Origin: Solirubrobacterales bacterium | GTDB lineage: Bacteria > Actinomycetota > Thermoleophilia > Solirubrobacterales > 70-9 | Assembly (NCBI GenBank): GCA_033856015.1 | Contig: JAWVFM010000348.1 | Span: 1 to 27,157, forward strand | DNA: 27,157 nt | Reading direction: 5' to 3' | In this document: positions 15,768 to 22,611 of the stretch, piece after piece | Position numbering within the stretch: the stretch's first letter is position 1 | Layout: each line of letters opens with the position of its first letter | Notes under the pieces: model-generated | Told to the model about the DNA's origin: nothing | Database searches by the model: none | Seen by the model: only the letters and a program-made list of their open reading frames with translations | Translations under genes and position numbers: made by a program

Positions 15768-16778
15768 CTAGCGCGGGCCGAAGTAGGCCGAGCCGTCGAG
15801 GGCGCGGTCGAAGCGCGACCAGGACTCGCCGGCGGGCAGGTCCCGCTCGATGCGGTCGAAGCTGCCGAGCTTGCCGCCGAGGTTGTCCATCGCGTGCACA
15901 AGGGTCGCCTCGCGGGTCGCAGGCACCACCGGGGAGCCGTTGGCGTGGGTCCCGTGGTGGGACAGGATGATGTGGAGAACCGCCTTCGCGAGCTCGGGCT
16001 CGAAGCCCTCGATCCGCTCGATCTCGCGACGCACCAGGTAGTAGCCGAGCGGGATCTCGCCGAGCAGCTTGCCGGCATCGGTCAGGTCGATCGCGAGCGG
16101 GTCCTCGTTGTAGGCCTGGGTCTTGCCGATGTCGTGGAGGAGGGCCCCAGTGACCGCGACGTCGCGGTCGATGCCCGGAAACGCCGACGCCACAGTTCCA
16201 ACGGCCTGGGCGACGGAGACGCTGTGCTCGAGGAGCCCGTGCGCGTAGGCCTGGTGGTAGTACTTCGCCGCCGGCGCAACCTGGAAGCGCTTCCAGAGCC
16301 GCGAGTCGGCGTCGAAGAAGCGGCCGAGGAGGGCCTGGAGCTGCGAGTTCTGGATCGTCGCGACGAGCTCGCGGAGATCCGCCTCGAGGCGGTCGAACGG
16401 CACCGGCGAGGACTCCGTCAGGTCGGCCGGCTCGTACTCGCTCGGAGCGGCGATGCGGAGGGCCTTCAGGGTGATGGTCGGCCCGTACTGCGGTCGGATG
16501 CTGAACGCGCCCTCGAGGTGGACCACGGAGCCGGGCTGCGAGAGCTCGAAGAGCGCGTCCGCGTCCTCCCAGGCGACCGCTTCGACCGACCCGGTGCTGT
16601 CGGCGACGACCAGCTTCAGGAAGTCCTCGCCGTTTCGACGGGTGAGCCGGCTGCGCTCGCGCACCGCGAAGGCGCCCGCGACGCGATCGCCGTCGGCGAG
16701 ATCGCGGATGAACAGGCGGCCGCCGGCGCTGGCGTCGACCAGCGGTGCCTGGAGCGCGATTTGCGGTGAAGCCTCCAT
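15768..16778 (-). CDS. yhaM: YhaM/Cbf1-family 3'-5' exonuclease (OB-fold + HD domain)
   Basis: OB region FLKLVVADSTGSVEAVAW, then APAAKYYHQAYAHGLLEHS, GALLHDIGKT, HIILSHHG, EATLVHAMDNL. Confidence 0.88.
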   Translation of the reverse strand: MEASPQIALQAPLVDASAGGRLFIRDLADGDRVAGAFAVRERSRLTRRNGEDFLKLVVADSTGSVEAVAWEDADALFELSQPGSVVHLEGAFSIRPQYGPTITLKALRIAAPSEYEPADLTESSPVPFDRLEADLRELVATIQNSQLQALLGRFFDADSRLWKRFQVAPAAKYYHQAYAHGLLEHSVSVAQAVGTVASAFPGIDRDVAVTGALLHDIGKTQAYNEDPLAIDLTDAGKLLGEIPLGYYLVRREIERIEGFEPELAKAVLHIILSHHGTHANGSPVVPATREATLVHAMDNLGGKLGSFDRIERDLPAGESWSRFDRALDGSAYFGPR

Positions 16779-16787
16779 CTGTGCTTC

Positions 16788-16809
16788 ACGGTAGAGAGGG
16801 ATTCGGACG
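16788..16809 (-). promoter_or_regulatory. Putative yhaM promoter CGTCCG-N10-TACCGT resembling the PafBC (RecA-independent) promoter motif
   Basis: TACCGT -10 lies 9 nt upstream of the ATG. The hexamer at exactly N10 matches 4/6 of the mycobacterial TGTCGG consensus. Confidence 0.4.
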
Positions 16810-16880
16810 GCGAATCAAGCCCCCACGCAGGACGCTGGCCGCTCGGAGCGTCATGGCGTCCGGACCAGATCATCATCAAG

Positions 16881-16957
16881 CGCTCCTAACCCGCCGAGTG
16901 GAGAAAGACGACGTCTGGGTCGACGTTTTTCTCCACTCGATGAAGCTAGTTAGGGCG
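16881..16957. other. Long imperfect intergenic hairpin: 16-bp inner stem plus 9-bp outer stem
   Basis: 16895-16910 pairs with 16924-16939 (15 Watson-Crick pairs and 1 G-U). 16881-16890 pairs with 16949-16957 with one bulge. Confidence 0.8.
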
Positions 16958-16972
16958 TGAGTTCGGATCGGG

Positions 16973-18787
16973 CTACTTGGGCCCGGCCGCAACGCTGAGC
17001 GAGGCGCCGGAGCGGCTGACGGCGATCTGCATACCGTCGGAGAGGGCCACGTCGGCCAGGTCGCCGGATGCCCTGGGCAGGCCGTGAGCCGTCAGCGGTG
17101 TATTGCCGAGCGTGAAGACCGCCGCGGCGTCCATGTCCTTCGCCTGCGAGGTCCAGCTCACGGTGTCGCGCTTCTTCGCCTGGCGGAACTGCGGGTAGAC
17201 CCAGCCGGCGAGCGGGTTGCGCTGGCCGCTCACCTCCTGCGTTGCCCCGGTCGGCGCGTCGGCCCAGTCGGAGAGGGCGTGCGCCGTCCCGACGCCGTTC
17301 ATGAGCAGGCCGGTGCTCGAGACGCTCGATGTCTGCGCCGCGGGGCCGAGCTGGAAGTAGCGCGTGTAGCGGTGGCTGGAGCTCGAGCGGACCATGTCGT
17401 AGACGACGAGGGCCGTTCCAGGCTTGTAGAGGAAGAGCCGCTCGTGCGTCACACCCTGGCGGCGCGTCAGCGGGTTCGTCGCGAGGATCGCGTACCAGCC
17501 GTCGGCCTGGCCGCTGGCCTCGATCCCGCTGCCGTAGGGCGAAGGCTTGTCGCGGTGCTTGTGCCAGAACCAGAGGAAGTCCTGACCGTCCACCGTCATG
17601 GTCGAATGAGCGGCCGCTGAGGTCTCGAACTTCGCATAGCGCGGCACCGTGCTGTCGTACTTGCCGGTGTCGGCCACGACGCGCTGCTGGCGGTCGTAGA
17701 GCTCGAAGCTCATGTCGTCGGCGTGCTTGTGGTGCCAGGTGTGGAACGAGGACGAGATCACCAGGTAGCCGCCGGTGCGCGGGTCCTTGACCGCCGCGTA
17801 GCCGGCCTTCTGCGCCACCCACATGCCGCTCTGCGTGGAGGCGATGGCGCCCACCTGCGGCTCGGGAGGCACGAGGTAGGTGTCGCCGAACTGGGCCACG
17901 TTGTCGTCCGGCGCCGTCAGCCAGGCGAGCGCGTCCTGCATCTTGCTGCGCGCGTCGAGGAGGCCCTGGTCGTTGGGGTCGACGACGCCGAGCCAGGTGT
18001 CGATCAGGGTGAGCGCGTAGTCGAAGTAGCCCGGGCTGTTCTCCATCCAGACGCCGCTGGACTCGTCATAGCCGCGGTGGAAGGCGCGGTGGTAAGCGCG
18101 GGATGCGGCGTTCCCGGCCTTCGTGAAGCCGCTGTCGCTCGGGAACTGCTTGCCGAGGACCGCAAGGGCCATCTGCACGGTGAGCCTGTGGTTCGAGTTC
18201 TTGGAGTTGAAGTGGCCCAGGGAGCTCCCGTGGCGGTGGAGGGACGTGAGGAATCCCGACGCCTGCTTGCGGGTCAGCATTCCGGCGCAGGCGCTCGCCC
18301 GTGCCACATACGCCAGGTACTCGGAGCGGATCGCGACGATGCGCGCCAGCCAGGCCGCGCCGTGCTGGACGCGCCCGGCCTTGTCGGCCTGGACGAAGCT
18401 CCACGCGAGGGCGAGCGCCTTGCCCAGCGCCGCGCGCTCCTGCTTGCTGCTGTAGAGGCGCTTGGGGTCGTTGTAGGCGGAGATCAGCGGGTCCAGCCAC
18501 CCGAGCCCATAGAGCCGGTGGAGGTAGTTCGCCGAGTGGTACGGGTTTCGCGTCCAGCTCGTTCCTGGACGGATGTTCGGGTAGAAGTCGTGCCCGAGAT
18601 GGAAGCGGCCGCGCAGCGCGGAGGAGACGACGTCCTGCGAGTAACTGGGCAGGCTGCCCTCCGCCCGAACCAGGGCCGGGCAGCTCCCACGTAGCTCCTT
18701 CATTGGGTTTGCGGACGCTGCGGGGGCCGCCGCGACGGATCCGGCGGCAAGCAGGAACAGGCTGATCAGCAGGGCAACTCGACGCAT
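16973..18787 (-). CDS. Secreted heparinase II/III-family (polysaccharide lyase-like) protein
   Basis: Sec-type signal MRRVALLISLFLLAAGSVAAAPAASA, then NSKNSNH, GVWMENSPGY, QFGDT, HKHADDMSFELY, VADTGKY, SAAAHSTMTVDG, HERLFLY. Confidence 0.8.
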   Translation of the reverse strand: MRRVALLISLFLLAAGSVAAAPAASANPMKELRGSCPALVRAEGSLPSYSQDVVSSALRGRFHLGHDFYPNIRPGTSWTRNPYHSANYLHRLYGLGWLDPLISAYNDPKRLYSSKQERAALGKALALAWSFVQADKAGRVQHGAAWLARIVAIRSEYLAYVARASACAGMLTRKQASGFLTSLHRHGSSLGHFNSKNSNHRLTVQMALAVLGKQFPSDSGFTKAGNAASRAYHRAFHRGYDESSGVWMENSPGYFDYALTLIDTWLGVVDPNDQGLLDARSKMQDALAWLTAPDDNVAQFGDTYLVPPEPQVGAIASTQSGMWVAQKAGYAAVKDPRTGGYLVISSSFHTWHHKHADDMSFELYDRQQRVVADTGKYDSTVPRYAKFETSAAAHSTMTVDGQDFLWFWHKHRDKPSPYGSGIEASGQADGWYAILATNPLTRRQGVTHERLFLYKPGTALVVYDMVRSSSSHRYTRYFQLGPAAQTSSVSSTGLLMNGVGTAHALSDWADAPTGATQEVSGQRNPLAGWVYPQFRQAKKRDTVSWTSQAKDMDAAAVFTLGNTPLTAHGLPRASGDLADVALSDGMQIAVSRSGASLSVAAGPK

Positions 18788-18788
18788 C

Positions 18789-18810
18789 AGGTCTGGTATC
18801 GGCCAGACCT
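18789..18810. promoter_or_regulatory. Inverted repeat AGGTCTGG-N6-CCAGACCT directly upstream of the heparinase-like start codon
   Basis: Perfect 8-bp arms ending 1 nt from the ATG at 18787. Operator or hairpin function is inferred. Confidence 0.45.
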
Positions 18811-18895
18811 CGCCGAGACAAGAGGGCGCGGCGCCTCAAGGTTCACCGGGGCGGGCCGAAGAACCCCACGGAGGCTCCTGCCCTCCGAACTGCCC

Positions 18896-19978
18896 ATGGC
18901 CAAGCTTCGCTCGACAACCGGTTTCGTCGCCCTTACGGCGCTCCTTCTCGCCCTGCTGGCGGGGCCGTCGTCCGCGCTTGCGGTGAGGGACCTCCACATG
19001 TTCGCGGGCCGGTTCCAGAACCCCCAGGGCCTGCAGCTCGACCCGAGCGGCCGGTTCCTCTACGTCGCCAACGCGGGCATGTCGGGGAGCAAGTGCGTGA
19101 ACGTCCCGGGCAAGGGCGTGACGTGCAACGGCGCGTCCGGCGGAGTCGTGCGCATCGACATGGCCAGCCACGACCGTCAGAAGCTCGTCAAGGGCCTGCC
19201 CTCCTACGGGCCGGAGACCGGAAACTTCGCCACGGGGGTGAGCGACGTCTCGCTTGGCCCGGACGGCACCCTCTACGCGCTCGAGAGCTACGCCCCACCG
19301 TTCCAGGCCCTGCAGCTCCCGAAGCAGGCGCGCAAGCTGAACGGCTCGGTGATCCGGATCAGCGGCGGCAGCGCCCACCGCGTCGCCGATGTCTCACGGT
19401 TCGAGATCCTCAACGACCCTGACGGCCAGGGCCTCGCGACGAACCCGACCGCGCTCGACGCCTCGAAGGCAAACGGGATGCTCGTCGCGGACGCGGGCGC
19501 CAACGACGTCCTGGGGATCTCCGGGTCCGCCGTCTCGGTCTTCGGGCCCGCAACCGGCCCCACCGCGGTCACTCGCGGCCCGGCGGCGAGCGTCTACGTC
19601 GGCCAGTCCAACGGGACCATCCTCCAGATCCTCCCGACCGGGATCACGCGGACCTACGCGACCGGACTCAGCCACATCACGGGCCTCGAGTTCGGGCCGC
19701 TGGGCCAGCTCTACGTGACCGAGCAGACGACCACGACGCCCAGCGCCGACTCGCATGGAGCGATCGTCGAGATCATGCCGGCAGGAGTCAGCCGCTGCAC
19801 CGTCCCGTTCTCGGACGGACTGGTCCTCCCGGTCGGCGTCACGGTCAGCCCGGATGGACAGACGCTCTACACCTCGAACTACAGCGCGGCGCCCGCCGAG
19901 ACCCCCAACAGCGGCCCGTTCCACGGCAACGGCGGCCAGATCGCCGAGCTCCCGGCCGACCCGCTCTGCACGGGCTAG
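18896..19978 (+). CDS. Secreted ScyD/ScyE-like beta-propeller protein
   Basis: Signal peptide ending SSALA; NPQGL...LYVANAG; GVSDVSLGPDGTLY; FEILNDPDGQGLATNP; VADAGANDVL; ITGLEFGPLGQLYVTE; PVGVTVSPDGQTLYTSN. Confidence 0.75.
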   Translation: MAKLRSTTGFVALTALLLALLAGPSSALAVRDLHMFAGRFQNPQGLQLDPSGRFLYVANAGMSGSKCVNVPGKGVTCNGASGGVVRIDMASHDRQKLVKGLPSYGPETGNFATGVSDVSLGPDGTLYALESYAPPFQALQLPKQARKLNGSVIRISGGSAHRVADVSRFEILNDPDGQGLATNPTALDASKANGMLVADAGANDVLGISGSAVSVFGPATGPTAVTRGPAASVYVGQSNGTILQILPTGITRTYATGLSHITGLEFGPLGQLYVTEQTTTTPSADSHGAIVEIMPAGVSRCTVPFSDGLVLPVGVTVSPDGQTLYTSNYSAAPAETPNSGPFHGNGGQIAELPADPLCTG

Positions 19979-20040
19979 CTCTCCGTCTCGACCAACGCGG
20001 CGATCTCGACAACCTGCCTGGCGAGGGCCATACTTCGCAG

Positions 20041-20319
20041 ATCGGCGAAGCACCAACACTCTTCGTCTGCCACGGCGACGACGGCGGCCCCCGAATCCAT
20101 CCGTGCCGACGCGTTCAGGAAGCGCTCCGCGCCGCGGGGATCGAGTACGAGAAGGTGATCGCCGCGCACGGCAGCCCGATCCCCTTCCTGCGGAAGGGCT
20201 CGCGCGACAAGCTTCGCGAAGCGACGGGGTCGACGAAGCTCCCGGCTCTCAAGCTGCCCGGCGGGACGGTAATCACCCACTCCCGCGCCATCCTCGCCTG
20301 GATCGACGAGCAGGGCTGA
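20041..20319 (+). CDS. Glutaredoxin / GST N-terminal-domain-like protein (92 aa), not in the ORF track; apparent start codon is ATC
   Basis: Translation: (I)GEAPTLFVCHGDDGGPRIHPCRRVQEALRAAGIEYEKVIAAHGSPIPFLRKGSRDKLREATGSTKLPALKLPGGTVITHSRAILAWIDEQG. It follows the thioredoxin-fold pattern TL(F/Y)-..-PC..V..AL...GIEY...LP.L....TVI..S.AI..W and fills the gap between two stop codons. Confidence 0.8.
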   Translation: MGEAPTLFVCHGDDGGPRIHPCRRVQEALRAAGIEYEKVIAAHGSPIPFLRKGSRDKLREATGSTKLPALKLPGGTVITHSRAILAWIDEQG

Positions 20320-20326
20320 GTCGGCG

Positions 20327-20935
20327 CTAGCTGAGGTCGGTGCGGCCGCTGCCGGAGGGCCGCAGGCCATCGAGGACGATGCCCACGTAGCGGTCCGTGC
20401 TCGCGTACGGGGCCTTGAAGGTCCCCGCCAGCGCGCACATCAGCATCGGGACGTCCTCCGGCCGTGCGTCAGGACGGACCACACCGGCAGCCTGAGCGCG
20501 ACCGATCAGCGTCGCGGTGATCTCGAGCATGCCGACCGAGGCCGCCGCCGCGCCCATCACGTCGGGGCGGGAGGTGAGGACCTCGGAGAGCGCGCGGTCC
20601 TCGGTCTGGATCCGCGCCGCGGCGCGGATGAAGGTCTCGAACGCCTCCCACGGGTCGTCGATGACGAGCGCTGCCTCCGCCGCCTCGCGAAGCCGCTCGA
20701 AGCGGTCGAACGCCAGTGCCTCGATCAGCTCGTCCTTGGTGCTGAAGTGCCTGTAGACCGTGCCGACGCCGACCTTGGCGGCGCGGGCGATGTCCTCCAT
20801 CTGCGTGTCCAGGCCGTCGCGCGCCATGCGGGTCCGGGCGGCCTTGATGACGCGGTCGCGGTTGCGGCGCGCGTCGGCGCGCTGGAGCCGCTCGGGCGCC
20901 GGGGCTTCGGTGGGGGTTTCGACGGGGTTTGACAT
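20327..20935 (-). CDS. TetR/AcrR-family transcriptional regulator
   Basis: RADARRNRDRVIKAAR, MEDIARAAKVGVGTVYRHFSTKDELIEA. Divergent from the MFS gene. Confidence 0.95.
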   Translation of the reverse strand: MSNPVETPTEAPAPERLQRADARRNRDRVIKAARTRMARDGLDTQMEDIARAAKVGVGTVYRHFSTKDELIEALAFDRFERLREAAEAALVIDDPWEAFETFIRAAARIQTEDRALSEVLTSRPDVMGAAAASVGMLEITATLIGRAQAAGVVRPDARPEDVPMLMCALAGTFKAPYASTDRYVGIVLDGLRPSGSGRTDLS

Positions 20936-20945
20936 GTGTCACAGA

Positions 20946-20965
20946 AGCGGAACCACGATTCCGCT
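20946..20965. promoter_or_regulatory. Putative TetR operator 1: AGCGGAA-N6-TTCCGCT
   Basis: Perfect 7-bp inverted repeat in the tetR-MFS divergent gap, with the same core as operator 2. Confidence 0.7.
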
Positions 20966-20977
20966 ATTATCCGGAAC

Positions 20978-20993
20978 CGGAACTTCGCTTCCG
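20978..20993. promoter_or_regulatory. Putative TetR operator 2: CGGAA-N6-TTCCG
   Basis: Second copy of the CGGAA-N6-TTCCG core, just upstream of a TGTACT -10-like hexamer (20996-21001). Confidence 0.65.
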
Positions 20994-21035
20994 ATTGTAC
21001 TGCACGCCCATGACACGCACGAGGAGCTAGCCGAG

Positions 21036-22484
21036 ATGACTAATCGAAAGACCGCCGAAGAGCGCCGCTGGATTGCCCTGATCCTGCTCTGCGTTGCCCA
21101 GTTCGTGGTCGTCCTGGATGCCTCGATCGTGAACGTCGCCCTGCCGACCATCGGCAACGCGCTCAACTTCACCGAGAGCAACCTCCCCTGGGTTGTCAAC
21201 GCCTACGTCCTGACCTTCGGGGGCTTCCTGCTCCTCGGCGGCAGGATGGCGGACCTCCTGGGGCGCCGGCGCGTCTTCATGGGTGGCCTCGTGCTGTTTG
21301 CGCTCGCCTCCCTGGCCGGCGGCTTGGCCGCCACCTCGGGCCAGCTGATCGCCGCCCGCGCCGTGCAGGGGCTCGGTGCCGCCATCCTCTCACCGGCGGC
21401 GCTCTCGATCGTGACGACCACCTTCCGCGACGGAGCCGAGCGCAACAGGGCGCTGGGCGTCTGGGGCGCCGTCGCGGGCAGCGGCGGGGCGGCCGGGGTC
21501 CTGCTGGGCGGGGTGCTCACCGACGGGCTCGGCTGGCAGTGGGTGCTGTGGGTCAACGTGCCGATCGGCCTGATCGCTGCCGCGATCGCGCCGCGGCTGC
21601 TCGCCGAGAGCCGCTCCGAGGCCACGACGCGGCACTTCGACTTCGCCGGCGCGGCCAGCGTGACGGCGGGGCTCTCCCTGCTGGTCTACGCGCTCGTCGA
21701 CGCGAACAACGTCGGCTGGGGCTCCACGCGGACGATCGCCCTGCTCGCGGTCGCCGCCGGGCTCATCGCCACCTTCGTGGTGGTCGAACTCCGCTCGAAG
21801 GCGCCGCTCATGCCGTTCCGGATCTTCCGGATTCGCACGCTGACCGGGGCGAACGTCGTCGGACTGCTCGTCGGCGCGTCGCTGTTCTCGATGTTCTTCT
21901 TCATCTCCCTGTACATGCAGCAGGTGCTCGGCTACAGCGCGATCCACGCCGGGCTCTCCTACCTGCCGCTTGCGGTCTCGATCATCATCTCCGCCGGGAT
22001 CGCCTCACAGCTGGTGACGCGGATCGGCTTCAAGCCGGTGCTGGCGACCGGCATGGCGTTCATCACGATCGCGCTGGTCTGGTTCTCACAGGTCTCGGTG
22101 GGCGGCAGCTTCCTGGCCGACATCCTCGGTCCGTCGCTGTTTGCCGCGGTCGGCCTCGGCTTCGCCTTCGTGACGACCACGATCGCGGCCGTATCCGGCG
22201 TCGACCAGCACGAGGCCGGCCTCGCCTCAGGGCTCATCAACACGACGCAGCAGGTTGGCGGCGCGCTGGGCCTCGCGATCCTCTCGGCGATCTCGATCTC
22301 GGTCACCGGGACCTCTCGCGACCCGGTCGTGCTGACGCACGGTTTCCACGACGCGTTCCTGGCCGGCGCGGGCTTTGCCGCCATCGGCCTGGTCGCGACC
22401 CTGGTCCTGATCCGCAGCCGCGACAGCCGGGCTCACACGGAGCTCGGCAGCGCCGCGGCGGTGGCCGAGCCCGCCGCCGGTTAG
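21036..22484 (+). CDS. DHA2 (EmrB/QacA-type, 14-TM) MFS efflux transporter
   Basis: AQFVVVLDASIVNVALP, WVVNAYVLTFGGFLLLGGRMADLLGRRR, LIAARAVQGLGAA, WVNVPIG. GAGGAG SD at 21021-21026 supports the ATG at 21036 over the ORF-track start at 20760. Confidence 0.93.
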   Translation: MTNRKTAEERRWIALILLCVAQFVVVLDASIVNVALPTIGNALNFTESNLPWVVNAYVLTFGGFLLLGGRMADLLGRRRVFMGGLVLFALASLAGGLAATSGQLIAARAVQGLGAAILSPAALSIVTTTFRDGAERNRALGVWGAVAGSGGAAGVLLGGVLTDGLGWQWVLWVNVPIGLIAAAIAPRLLAESRSEATTRHFDFAGAASVTAGLSLLVYALVDANNVGWGSTRTIALLAVAAGLIATFVVVELRSKAPLMPFRIFRIRTLTGANVVGLLVGASLFSMFFFISLYMQQVLGYSAIHAGLSYLPLAVSIIISAGIASQLVTRIGFKPVLATGMAFITIALVWFSQVSVGGSFLADILGPSLFAAVGLGFAFVTTTIAAVSGVDQHEAGLASGLINTTQQVGGALGLAILSAISISVTGTSRDPVVLTHGFHDAFLAGAGFAAIGLVATLVLIRSRDSRAHTELGSAAAVAEPAAG

Positions 22485-22538
22485 AAGTGGGCCCGGTGCG
22501 GTAGGCAGCGAGATGATCGCTAGCCTTAGCCGCGCTCG

Positions 22539-22611
22539 GGCGAGGTAGCTCAGTTGGTAGAGCACACGACTGAAAATCGTGGTGTCGTGAGTTCGATTCT
22601 CACCCTCGCCA
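22539..22611 (+). tRNA. tRNA-Phe (anticodon GAA), CCA not encoded
   Basis: Acceptor stem GGCGAGG/CCTCGCC plus discriminator A; D arm AGCTCAGTTGGTAGAGC; anticodon arm CACGA-CTGAAAA-TCGTG; T arm GTGAG-TTCGATT-CTCAC. TAGCCT -10-like at 22521-22526. Confidence 0.98.

Noticed and set aside
14821-16957. 9-nt word CGCCCTAAC at 14821-14829 and, reversed, at 16949-16957 as possible element ends around the paralog-yhaM block
   Set aside because: Only 9 bp, with no target-site duplication or recombinase. The second copy is already explained as the outer arm of the hairpin.
16853-16960. 35-aa ORF (MASGPDHHQ...) spanning the hairpin
   Set aside because: No SD, several codons rare for this genome (CTA, TTT, GTT, AGG), and the sequence is better explained by base pairing.
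19975-20370. Minus-strand 131-aa ORF from the track
   Set aside because: It overlaps the tetR 3' end and has no motif. The plus-strand Grx/GST-N-like frame explains the interval.
20930-20941. TGACA-TG-TGTCA palindrome over the tetR start codon
   Set aside because: Only 5-bp arms, single copy, and unrelated to the two CGGAA-N6-TTCCG operators.
22539-22611. tRNA-Phe as an integration site bounding a genomic island
   Set aside because: I saw no duplicated tRNA 3' end, no integrase and no clear compositional break on either side.
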